A stretch of 64,000 bases of DNA from Candidatus Hydrogenedentota bacterium (GCA_036769985.1 DAIPKA010000019.1:24843-88842); one strand, 5' to 3'; shown: positions 18,301 to 25,760, counted from the first letter of the stretch. A program made the numbers and translations. The notes: generated by a model from the sequence alone, not told the origin.

Positions 18301-18447
18301 AAAACATCCAATGATGGTTCCTACAACTGGATCGTGCCGTCCGGCCAAACGCCGGCATCGTCGTATCGGATCCGAGTTCAATCCTACGGCGATTCGTCCT
18401 TGAGCGACTACAGCGACGCGCGATTTACCATCAGCGCGGCGCCCTGA
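15364..18447 (+). CDS. large secreted multidomain protein: papain/C39-like cysteine peptidase-like N-domain, (GE)30 linker, 3 tandem Kre9/KNH-like Ig-fold repeats
   Basis: ORF 15283..18447 trimmed to ATG 15364, giving the signal peptide MKTTSSLSHLRWTLAVLLLAAPATAAV. A candidate Cys/His/Asn triad is seen in the contexts ANWCSPTAALNVVAYWE, AGHTVTTVGY and VIVHDNWG. The repeats are listed as separate features. Confidence 0.8.
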   Translation: MKTTSSLSHLRWTLAVLLLAAPATAAVGNFIPGVHDNLQPPSSGAANWCSPTAALNVVAYWELTAGHANAQGLLDPVDPAIPPGTGPGSTTSTHVGWFMGTNGVGSPVRLNNVGAAGTFDVDIMPGLDEFVRWDKLNTFGYAIPPYAKTAHTWWLQYHNRLAFSEAQGWGDIVNEIDAGRPLVTSFAHWTLMGATQVNVGLLGDLPVTFYNWSVPAAAGAPGGDAPTEQWNQSWQNPEEIAGHTVTTVGYLFDYDPDGEGALPQGAWVIVHDNWGSTPTNVAVPWIDIANVPPNNPATKWGDPTARTWWVSNVLVGPDDPIVSLGGVNFAVRTGAFGLPGTGVSNEVALSGDPENDVYKGGACTNMLRLDETLLGLVPLDDIDAVSYGDPSVIVFIADPWEGEGGWVDVKGRPIYWHFSVDPMATGAWNPIQSAVNVEVQIGTASCGMLANAPEAYGDFFVTHWGILGNNALVGDEAELGLMIQKSFADDDLNGLDLIAATIHRPDSFLQPGDVFFSLTNGSPSLVGMIDPFFRIPIKGADILTPDGNGSFRIAQATDPNINTNGDRGTLGISAENDLDALFVDGNGEPFFSVRVAQQGNPKSINPGDILVRDGRLHALLDGTADELIAASLLGLLDAETSGGQDPDDNLDALDAETFIVDPVEVVPDGEMDEALAGEGEGEGEGEGEGEGEGEGEGEGEGEGEGEGEGEGEGEGEGEGEGEGEGEGEGEGEGEGEIDITAPNGTEVWRRGEEHTITWTSNGTVGSDVRIALHIGEATFVDWIVRKTSNDGSYVWFVPTSTTARTDYRIRVQDYYDSTIRDFSDADFEIEAGEVEVSTPNGGEQWEQAKSYDITWASNDIGVGTDVRLALHKGASFEYWINRKTSNDGSYTWTVPTSQTPDAKYRVRVQSYSDSSLRDYSDQRFEITQQPITVTAPNGGEDWTQGQTYSITWTSNDAGVGTDVRIGLHKGASFEYWIVRKTSNDGSYNWIVPSGQTPASSYRIRVQSYGDSSLSDYSDARFTISAAP
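17392..17571 (+). repeat. in-frame hexanucleotide repeat (GGCGAA/GGCGAG/GGGGAA/GGTGAA) x30 encoding (Gly-Glu)30
   Basis: Read directly: 180 nt of GGN-GAR units inside the 15364..18447 CDS. The same tract creates the spurious SPSPSP and AFAFAF ORFs on the other strand and frames. Confidence 0.95.
17572..18444 (+). repeat. three tandem ~96-98-aa domain repeats (17572..17859, 17860..18150, 18151..18444)
   Basis: Each unit has xPNGGExW..G..YxITW.SN..G.DVRI.LHKG..F..WI.RKTSNDGSY.W.VP......YRIRVQSY.DSS..D.SD..F.I. This resembles the Kre9/KNH-like N-terminal Ig-like domain family. Confidence 0.85.
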
Positions 18448-18620
18448 ACTAAGGTCACCGTAACGGCGGCGGCGAGTCGGGCGTCAGGCGGAAATGGCTC
18501 CGGGGTGTCCGGCTCGCCGCCATTCCGCTTTCCCGGAATGTATCGCGCGCCACGCCCCCTCGCCGCAACGGGCATCGGCCTCCCAAACCCCGCAAGCGCT
18601 GCATTAACACATAGGTAGCG

Positions 18621-18650
18621 TTGCTTTCACCAAAAATCGGAGAGTATACT
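18621..18650 (+). promoter_or_regulatory. sigma70-like promoter candidate upstream of the DAHP synthase gene
   Basis: TTGCTT (18621..18626), an 18-nt spacer, then TATACT (18645..18650), about 50 nt upstream of ATG 18703. Confidence 0.3.
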
Positions 18651-18702
18651 TCCGCCACCCAAGCCGGGCACGGAATGCCCCGGCACTGAAGGATGAAGCA
18701 CC

Positions 18703-19716
18703 ATGATCATTGTAATGGCCTCACGAGACCGCAAAGACATCGAGTATGTCGTTGCGCGTGTCGAGGAGTTGGGATACAAGGCACACCTTATCGAAGGCGT
18801 AGAACGAACCGTGGTCGCCGCCGTCGGCGATGAGCGCGGCAAGTTCCGCCTCCAATCGCTCGAGTCGCTGCCTCACGTCGAGAAGGTGGTCCCCATTCTC
18901 AAGCCCTTCAAGCTGGCCAACCGCGAGGCACGGCCCGAAGACACCATCGTCAAGGTCGGAAGCGCCCAGGTGGGCGGGAATCGGTTCTGTGTGATGGCCG
19001 GGCCCTGCTCCGTCGAATCGCGGGAACAACTCATCGAGACGGCCGAGACCGTCAAGGCCTCGGGCGCAACCGTCTTGCGCGGCGGCGCGTTCAAACCGCG
19101 GACATCGCCCTACGCGTTCCAGGGTCTCGAGAAGGAAGGACTGAGACTGCTCGAGGAAGCGGGACACCAGTTTGGGCTTCCGTTCGTAACGGAAGTTGTT
19201 ACGCCAGAGCAGGTTCCGCTCATCGAGCAGTACGCCGATATGCTTCAGATCGGCGCCCGGAACACCCAGAACTTCGGCCTCCTCAAGGCCGTGGGCAAGG
19301 CCAAGAAGCCCGTATTGCTCAAAAGGGGCATGATGTCCACCATCAACGAAGTCCTCATGTCTGCCGAGTACATCATGTCCGAAGGAAACAACCAGGTTGT
19401 TCTGTGCGAGCGCGGCATTCGCACCTTCGAGACCGAGACGCGGAATACGCTCGATCTCAGCGCCGTGCCCCTGCTCAAGAAACAGACCCACCTCCCCGTC
19501 ATTGTCGACCCGAGTCATGCCACCGGGCACTGGGACCTCGTTGGCCCTATGGCCAAGGCCGCCGTCGTCGCCGGGGCCGATGGACTCATGATCGAGGTGC
19601 ATCCGAAGCCGGCCGAGGCTTTTTCGGACGGCCCCCAGTCACTGACGTTACCGCATTTCCGCGCATTGATGGACGAGATCCGCAAACTCCTGGAATATGT
19701 TGGGAAGACCTTGTAG
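18703..19716 (+). CDS. aroF: 3-deoxy-7-phosphoheptulonate (DAHP) synthase, type I-beta with N-terminal ferredoxin-like regulatory domain
   Basis: 337 aa. An ACT/FL-like N-domain ([29 protein letters not shown]) is followed by a KDO8PS/DAHPS-Ibeta core with [25 protein letters not shown] and DPSHATG. Confidence 0.88.
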   Translation: MIIVMASRDRKDIEYVVARVEELGYKAHLIEGVERTVVAAVGDERGKFRLQSLESLPHVEKVVPILKPFKLANREARPEDTIVKVGSAQVGGNRFCVMAGPCSVESREQLIETAETVKASGATVLRGGAFKPRTSPYAFQGLEKEGLRLLEEAGHQFGLPFVTEVVTPEQVPLIEQYADMLQIGARNTQNFGLLKAVGKAKKPVLLKRGMMSTINEVLMSAEYIMSEGNNQVVLCERGIRTFETETRNTLDLSAVPLLKKQTHLPVIVDPSHATGHWDLVGPMAKAAVVAGADGLMIEVHPKPAEAFSDGPQSLTLPHFRALMDEIRKLLEYVGKTL

Positions 19717-19722
19717 CCGATC

Positions 19723-20301
19723 ATGACCGAAGAAACCCAAGAGCAGAACGAGTCGATCCCGGTACCCGAATCGCTAAGCCGAGAGGAGACCGTGCAGGCG
19801 TTGTACGCCCTTCTCTTCGCAAGCGACCGTCCCCTGAGTGCGAGTCGACTGGCCGAAACCCTCGGTGATATCGACAAGGACGTCGTGGCTACCTTACTCG
19901 AAGAGTTGCGCGCGTACATCGACGCCCTCGAGGTGCCCTACCGGGTCCAAGAGATCGCCGGCGGATACCAGCTCATCACAAAACCGGACTTCGCGCCCTT
20001 CATCCGGCGTCTATACCAGATCAAGGCGAACCCACGCCTCTCCCGAGCCGCCCTCGAGACGTTGGCCATCATCGCCTACAAACAGCCGGTCACCCGCGCC
20101 GAGGTCGAGGCCATCCGCGGCGTCAGCGTGGCCTACGCGTTCGACCTACTCCAGGAGAAGCGCCTCGTCAAGGTCGTGGGCATCGCCGAATTGCCGGGCC
20201 GGCCCCGCCTCTATCGCACCACGGATGAGTTCTTGCTCCATTTCGGCCTCAAGAGCCTCCGCGAACTGCCCTCCTTTGAGGAAATCCAGGACGCAACGTA
20301 G
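19723..20301 (+). CDS. scpB: SMC-Scp complex subunit ScpB
   Basis: 192 aa with two winged-helix repeats. Motifs: LSRAALETLAIIAYKQPVTRAEVEAIRGV and GRPRLYRTTDEFLLHFGL. Confidence 0.88.
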   Translation: MTEETQEQNESIPVPESLSREETVQALYALLFASDRPLSASRLAETLGDIDKDVVATLLEELRAYIDALEVPYRVQEIAGGYQLITKPDFAPFIRRLYQIKANPRLSRAALETLAIIAYKQPVTRAEVEAIRGVSVAYAFDLLQEKRLVKVVGIAELPGRPRLYRTTDEFLLHFGLKSLRELPSFEEIQDAT

Positions 20302-20308
20302 CACCGTG

Positions 20309-21022
20309 ATGCGCCTCCAGAAATACTTGGCCGCGTGCGGTATCGCCTCGCGACGCCAGTGCGAGCGCCTCATCGAGGAAGGCCGCGTCGGCCTCAACGG
20401 CGCCGTGGCCGCCCTGGGCGACTCCGTCGACGAGGCCAAGGACGCCGTCACCCTCGACGGCTGCCCTTTGCGGCTGAACGACAAAGTCTACATCGTGTTC
20501 AACAAACCCCAGGGCGTCGTCACCACGGCCAAGGACACGCACCAGCGCCAGACCGTCCTCGACTATCTGGACGGGGTCAGGGCTCGCGTGTTCCCCGTTG
20601 GCCGACTCGATATGGATGTTGAAGGCGCACTGCTCCTCACAAACGACGGCGAGTTGGCCCAGCGGCTCATGCATCCGCGATACGAGGTCGAGAAGGTGTA
20701 CGTGGCCAGCGTCGAGGGCCGTATGTCCCTCGAGACCGCGCAGCGCCTCGCCCAAGGCGTCGCGCTCGACGACGGCATGACGGCGCCCGCCGAAGTCCGC
20801 ATCCTCGAGCGTCAAGCCGACACGACGCGCATCCAGTTGACCCTGCACGAAGGCCGGAAACGCGAAGTCAAACGCATGTGCGCCGCCGTGAATCATCCGA
20901 TCCGCCACCTTCGCCGCGTCGCCGTCGGCGACATCAAGGCCGCCGGCTTGCAGCCCGGGGAGTGGCGGTACCTCGCCGACGACGAAGTCGCCGCCCTGCG
21001 CAGTCGCGTAGGCCTTCCATGA
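20309..21022 (+). CDS. rluB: RluB/RsuA-family pseudouridine synthase
   Basis: ORF 19838..21022 trimmed to ATG 20309. It has an S4 domain (MRLQKYLAACGIASRRQCERLIEEGRV) and the catalytic GRLDMDVEGALLLTNDG and HEGRKREVKRM motifs. Confidence 0.88.
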   Translation: MRLQKYLAACGIASRRQCERLIEEGRVGLNGAVAALGDSVDEAKDAVTLDGCPLRLNDKVYIVFNKPQGVVTTAKDTHQRQTVLDYLDGVRARVFPVGRLDMDVEGALLLTNDGELAQRLMHPRYEVEKVYVASVEGRMSLETAQRLAQGVALDDGMTAPAEVRILERQADTTRIQLTLHEGRKREVKRMCAAVNHPIRHLRRVAVGDIKAAGLQPGEWRYLADDEVAALRSRVGLP

Positions 21023-22422
21023 CCGCCCTCGACCCGGCGCTCACCTCCGGCAGCATCACGCGATCCGTCTGGCGCGTGGCTTGGCCCGTCGTCTTGCTCA
21101 ACCTCGTCAACGGCCTCCACGGCCTCGTCGATCACCTCCTCGTCGGCAACTTCGTGCCCAGCGAAACCAACGAAGCCAACGCCGGAATCGGCGTCGCGTG
21201 GCAGCTCTTTCTCGTCATCGTCGTATTCATGGCGTCCCTGTTGCAGGGCATGAACGTGCTCGTCGCCCGCTACACCGGCCGGCAAGACCGCGAGATGGTC
21301 AGCATGATCGTGTACCAGACCTTCCTCGTCTCGGCCATCATCCTCGTTCCCGTCATCGCCCCGCTTGGGTACTTCATGGCCCCGCGCCTGCTCGAGTGGT
21401 TCAACGCAACACCAGGCGTGCAGACCCATGCCCTCCCCTACATGCGCATTCTCTTCACCTGTGGCGCGCCCCTGTTCATCGCGTTCCTCCTTACCGGCGC
21501 CATGCAGTCCTCGGGCAACCCCAAGATTCCCCTGGCCCTCGGCGTGCTCACCACCGCCCTCAACGTCATCCTCAGCGCCTACTTCATCATCGTACTGCAC
21601 CTCGGCGCCGCCGGCGCGGCCCTCGGCACCTGCCTCGCTCCCTGCATCAGCCTCGCCTGTGCGTTCGTCATCATCCTCCGGGGCAAGACCGTCATCGCCC
21701 TGCCCAAACACATGTCGCTCAAACCCGATCTCCGCATCATCGCCGCCGTCGCCCGCATCGGCATCCCCACCGGACTCCAATCCGTGGCCATGAACGTAGG
21801 CGCGGCACTGCTCCTCGGCATCATCGGACGCGTCGAGCACAGCGCCGCCGCCCAAGCCGCCTACACCATCTGCTACACCCAGCTCTTCTCCCTCGTCCTC
21901 TGGACCTCATTCGGCCTCCGCGTCGCCGCCGCCACCGTCATCGGACACAACATCGGCGCCGACAAGATGGCCCGCGGCCGCCGAGGCGTCTACATCGCCG
22001 CGGCCATGGGCCTCGCCGCCGCCTGCGCGCTCGGCATCCTCTACTGGACACTCCCCCGCCCCTTGCTCGCCCTGTTCGATGCCACCGGCCAGGCCATCAC
22101 CCAGTATGGCGTCTCCCTGCTGCGCTACCTCAGCCTGTCCGGCCTCGCCTTTGTCCTCGGCCTCACCTTCACCGGAGGTCTTCAGGGCGCCGGCGACACC
22201 AAGAATCCCATGTACATTGCCATCATCACCCAGATCGGCGTCCTCCTCGGCATCTGCTGGATCGCCATCGCGCTCCACCGACTCTCCACAGACCTCATCT
22301 GGTCCGCCATCCTCGTGAGCCACATCTCGCGATTCCTCCTCACCTACGCCGTCTTCCGCCGAGGGCGATGGGCCACCATCCGCCTCGAGATCGCGCGCAC
22401 GCACACCGCCCCCAACGCGTAA
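21019..22422 (+). CDS. MATE family efflux transporter
   Basis: ORF 20878..22422 trimmed to ATG 21019, which overlaps the rluB stop as ATGA. It has about 12 predicted TM helices and a MATE-like N-terminus (ITRSVWRVAWPVVLLNLVNGLHGLVDHLLVG). Confidence 0.82.
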   Translation: MTALDPALTSGSITRSVWRVAWPVVLLNLVNGLHGLVDHLLVGNFVPSETNEANAGIGVAWQLFLVIVVFMASLLQGMNVLVARYTGRQDREMVSMIVYQTFLVSAIILVPVIAPLGYFMAPRLLEWFNATPGVQTHALPYMRILFTCGAPLFIAFLLTGAMQSSGNPKIPLALGVLTTALNVILSAYFIIVLHLGAAGAALGTCLAPCISLACAFVIILRGKTVIALPKHMSLKPDLRIIAAVARIGIPTGLQSVAMNVGAALLLGIIGRVEHSAAAQAAYTICYTQLFSLVLWTSFGLRVAAATVIGHNIGADKMARGRRGVYIAAAMGLAAACALGILYWTLPRPLLALFDATGQAITQYGVSLLRYLSLSGLAFVLGLTFTGGLQGAGDTKNPMYIAIITQIGVLLGICWIAIALHRLSTDLIWSAILVSHISRFLLTYAVFRRGRWATIRLEIARTHTAPNA

Positions 22423-22525
22423 CGCCCGTCACCCCAATGCTCAATCCGAAACCCATACCAGGCCAGATCCCCCCCAAAATCGAAAACGCCCCAAGGGGGA
22501 TACCCTTGAGGCGCGTGATACTCGA

Positions 22526-22603
22526 TGGTGGGCGACCGCGGGCTCGAACCGCGGACCTCCGCCGTGTGAAGACGGCGCTCTAAACCACCTGAGCTAGTCG
22601 CCC
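22526..22603 (-). tRNA. tRNA-Val (anticodon CAC), CCA encoded
   Basis: The reverse complement is GGGCGACTAGCTCAGGTGGTTTAGAGCGCCGTCTTCACACGGCGGAGGTCCGCGGTTCGAGCCCGCGGTCGCCCACCA. Acceptor stem GGGCGAC/GTCGCCC; D stem GCTC/GAGC; anticodon stem CCGTC/GGCGG; loop TT-CAC-AC; T arm CGCGG-TTCGAGC-CCGCG. Confidence 0.92.
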
Positions 22604-22617
22604 ATCCGCGAACCCAA

Positions 22618-22647
22618 ATCCTACCACAGCCCCGCGCTGGCCGTCAA
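22618..22647 (-). promoter_or_regulatory. promoter candidate for tRNA-Val
   Basis: On the minus strand: TTGACG (22647..22642), an 18-nt spacer, then TAGGAT (22623..22618), ending about 14 nt upstream of tRNA position 1. Confidence 0.4.
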
Positions 22648-22925
22648 ATGCTTCGTGGACACTGAAACGGGGAACGGACCGCCTCCGAGTCTTCGCTTGT
22701 CGCGCCGACGTGTCGCGCCCGTGAAACCTCCCGACGTCAACGAGTGATAGTGCGGCCACTGAGTGACCAATACTCTCCGCTCGCCGAGGTAACTCCGGAA
22801 AGCACGGACAATCCCGTTCTGGGTAACTTCACTGTTCCCATGTTCTCCTTGCATCCGATTACCTTTGTCTGCTATACGTAGAGTCTATTCTGTGCAGCGG
22901 AGTTCTGGTTCCCGAAAGGACCTTG

Positions 22926-23903
22926 ATGGTTGTGCGGGAAGAGCAAGGCAGAGGGGATGTCATATCGCTGGCCCAAGGCCTGAAGCACAAGATCGGTGAC
23001 CAGGAAGTCGTCCTCTTCCTCGGGGCCGGCGTCAACCGGGCCAGCGCCAACCGGGAGAACGGGCCCTCTTGGTCTGACCTGCTTCGCGATGTGCTTGACC
23101 ATGCCGTGTACTACCGGCTCGGCGGGGAGTGGTCTGCGGCGGAGTGCAAGAGGCTATTGGAGTATGTCCAGGACTCACAAAACGCCCTGTCGCACTACGA
23201 CCAAGCAACCCTGGCGAAGAGACTCCTCGGGAGACATTACCTACACGCGATTCGCGAGATGCTTTATAGAAACGTGGAGGTCGCTTACCCCACCGCTGAA
23301 GGCACGGCTCCATTCCTCAGGCTCGTCGCCAACCTCTGCCGTAAAGACCAGGTGAGGGCCGTCGTTACCTACAACTACGACGACTTCCTCGAGTGCCTTC
23401 TTCGCAGCATGGGGGTCCGAGACCCTGTCAGCATATACGGCCGGAGTCCGTCGCACCCCAAATACACAGGACCCCGTGCCCAGATTCCCATATACCATGT
23501 GCACGGCTTCCTGCCGAGAACCGCGCCGTTCGCCGACCTGGACGCCTCCGGTTTTGTCCTCTGCCATGAGGAATACTACCGAAGCCTTCTCGAGCCCTTC
23601 TCCTGGCAGACCGTCCAGCAGTTGTCCTTTCTCCGGTCCTACGTCTGCCTCTATCTCGGAATCTCCTTGCGCGACATGAACATGCTTCGCCTGCTCTGCC
23701 ATTCGGCCGCCTACGCCAGTGGGAGCAGCAAGTACATCCTCTGGTGTGAGAAGGATATCTTCCAATCAGAACCACCTGAGGGAATGAAGGCGCGGCTTAT
23801 CGCCGTTCGCCGCAGCTTGTGTGCCGATCTGTCGCTCGAACTGGTCTGTTGCGGACCCGAGTATGAGGACCTCTACGCAGTGCTGGGCGAACTCGGAAAG
23901 TGA
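22926..23903 (+). CDS. SIR2-like (SIR2_2-type) domain protein, candidate NADase effector
   Basis: ORF 22923..23903 opens with TTG and then ATG at 22926. Motifs in order: VVLFLGAGV, VVTYNYDDFLE (catalytic Asn context), IPIYHVHGFL (catalytic His context), FVLCHEEYY and CLYLGISLRDMNM. No zinc-ribbon Cys pairs of classical sirtuin deacetylases were noticed. Confidence 0.75.
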   Translation: MVVREEQGRGDVISLAQGLKHKIGDQEVVLFLGAGVNRASANRENGPSWSDLLRDVLDHAVYYRLGGEWSAAECKRLLEYVQDSQNALSHYDQATLAKRLLGRHYLHAIREMLYRNVEVAYPTAEGTAPFLRLVANLCRKDQVRAVVTYNYDDFLECLLRSMGVRDPVSIYGRSPSHPKYTGPRAQIPIYHVHGFLPRTAPFADLDASGFVLCHEEYYRSLLEPFSWQTVQQLSFLRSYVCLYLGISLRDMNMLRLLCHSAAYASGSSKYILWCEKDIFQSEPPEGMKARLIAVRRSLCADLSLELVCCGPEYEDLYAVLGELGK

Positions 23904-23987
23904 CCGGATTTCGACTCGGGAATGTCCGTGCACTGCCACCGAAGACGGGCGGGGCCCATTGACGGCCCCGACGAACGTAAAGGAGCG

Positions 23988-25760
23988 ATGATGAAGGAGC
24001 TCGAGACCAAAGTCCGGGGACTTGACGCCGTTCTCAGGAATGGGCTTCGGCTTCCGACGGCCCAGGAGGGCTTGGTACTCCTAATCAAGGGTCCGCCGGG
24101 CAGTGGGAAGACCACGCTGGCGTTGCAGCTTGCTCTGGCCGCGAAGGACTGGGATTGCGAGACGAGAGAAGCTATTGAGATTCGCAGTCACGAGCAGCAC
24201 TCCGACGATATCCGGGCCCTCCTGAAACGACTCGCCACGAGCCCCAACTCCACCGGTTTAGACGTACTGGGACGCGAGGTTCCCGAATCCGACACGGATA
24301 CCGTAGATAATCTCCTCCCGTCCGTCTCGTGGGCCCGCAACCTGGTTGCCAAGCTGAACACCGAAGACCGCGAGTTCCGCCTATTAATGATCGACGGACT
24401 CAACCTCGTCGTGGATTCAGAAAGGCACCTGGTCGACCTCGAAGTCATGGTCTCCGTTCTCCGGCGCAAGTCCACCGTGGGCATTCTCGTGTACGAGCCT
24501 GGGGGAAGTGGCATGGAAACCGTTGATTTCCTGGCCGACCTCGTCATCGAGATGAAAGGCGAGGCCATCAGCGAAGGCCCGAATATCCCGGAGTATTTCC
24601 TCCAGCACATTCGCGTCTGCAAATCGCGGTTTCAGCGCAGCGTCCTTGGCTGGCATCAATACAAGATACGAGAGACAGGCGTTGAGATCTATCCGTCCAT
24701 CCATTACCGGATTCAGGCGGGCGCACCGGAACAGAAACAGAGTCCGACGGTAGCGGCGAACTTCGACGGTTCGAAGCGCTCCGTCGCTGACCATGCGCAG
24801 GAAGCCCAGAAGACTCAATCCAAACAAGGCGGAATCGAAGAAGTCGAGTCGATCATCGGTCACATGCTCGGATCCTACACCTTGGCAGAAGGTAACAGCG
24901 TGACGGTGGTTCTTGGCGCGCGCCGCGCGTGGAAGACCATGTTGACGCTGGACTGGCTGCGGCAGGGCGCAAAGGAAGGTCAGCCGAGCTTGTTGGTCTC
25001 GCTCATGGATGACATACCGACCATCATTGAGCAGCGCGCGCAGCTCTGCAAATATATATGCCCAAGGAATGACGAATCGAAAGGAAACTGCAAGGGCTTG
25101 GACTGCTACAAGAACGTGTTTCCGTTCTACTTCCGCCCAGGCTGTATCGCCCCATGCGAGTTCTTCGACTATCTATGCCGACGAATCGAGGGGAAGGAGA
25201 AGAACGAGACGGGAGAGTATTACGGAAAGATCAAGCGGTTCCTCTTCTGGGACTTGGTCCAGCTCGAGTATCGCTTTCCCCTCCTGTCGTCCGATCCTCT
25301 GTTCCTGCCGGGCCTCATGGACTATCTGAAGTACCAGCGGAGGATTCCGGCCGTGTTCATGGGACCCGCGAGCTCAAGACTGGCGAAGGTCGCCTCCGCC
25401 ATCGCAGACAACGTCATCTTCTCCTGGCAAGACATGACAACCGAGGTCGCTGGCAAGGAATCCACGGAAGGTTGGTGTTTCTATGTGGACCGCGTCGCGG
25501 GCCAGCCGGAACGGGGCCGTCTTCACTTCATCAAGAAGCCCTCGGAAGGTCCCGCGCGCCAGGAGAAACTGGACGGCCAAGCCACCTACGAGACCCTGAT
25601 CGAAACCCATGGGGACAAGAAGGAGCCGCCCTTCGAGCGGGCAAGCGCCTACATCGAGGCCATCCAAGCCCTCCAAGGTCTGCCCCTTGGCATGGCGCCC
25701 AAAGAAGGACAAACCACGGGAACCAAGTCGGCCAGCAAACCCCGCCGTCCGAACTCGTAG
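23988..25760 (+). CDS. tandem KaiC/RecA-like (COG0467-type) ATPase: intact N-terminal domain plus degenerate C-terminal domain
   Basis: ORF 23922..25760; ATG 23988 is preferred because AAGGAG lies 5-10 nt upstream. Domain 1 has RGLDAVLRNGL, Walker A GPPGSGKT, Walker B FRLLMIDGL and the KaiC-like VCKSRFQRSVLGWHQYKIRETGVEIYP. Domain 2 has a degenerate P-loop GARRAWKT, RFLFWDL and a Cys-rich insert. Confidence 0.72.
   Translation: MMKELETKVRGLDAVLRNGLRLPTAQEGLVLLIKGPPGSGKTTLALQLALAAKDWDCETREAIEIRSHEQHSDDIRALLKRLATSPNSTGLDVLGREVPESDTDTVDNLLPSVSWARNLVAKLNTEDREFRLLMIDGLNLVVDSERHLVDLEVMVSVLRRKSTVGILVYEPGGSGMETVDFLADLVIEMKGEAISEGPNIPEYFLQHIRVCKSRFQRSVLGWHQYKIRETGVEIYPSIHYRIQAGAPEQKQSPTVAANFDGSKRSVADHAQEAQKTQSKQGGIEEVESIIGHMLGSYTLAEGNSVTVVLGARRAWKTMLTLDWLRQGAKEGQPSLLVSLMDDIPTIIEQRAQLCKYICPRNDESKGNCKGLDCYKNVFPFYFRPGCIAPCEFFDYLCRRIEGKEKNETGEYYGKIKRFLFWDLVQLEYRFPLLSSDPLFLPGLMDYLKYQRRIPAVFMGPASSRLAKVASAIADNVIFSWQDMTTEVAGKESTEGWCFYVDRVAGQPERGRLHFIKKPSEGPARQEKLDGQATYETLIETHGDKKEPPFERASAYIEAIQALQGLPLGMAPKEGQTTGTKSASKPRRPNS

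Noticed and set aside
22526-22603. First-pass reading of the tRNA anticodon loop as containing TCA, which would make it a suppressor or Sec-like tRNA.
   Set aside because: That fold gave a 6-nt loop. Refolding with the anticodon stem CCGTC/GGCGG gives a standard 7-nt loop TTCACAC with U33 and A37. The anticodon is CAC (Val), and there is no long variable arm as in tRNA-Sec.
22621-22854. 77-aa minus-strand ORF between tRNA-Val and the SIR2-like gene, considered as a possible small regulator of the cassette.
   Set aside because: It has no HTH or other recognisable motif and an odd composition. Its 3' end overlaps the tRNA promoter-like elements, and no RBS is evident. It is left unannotated.
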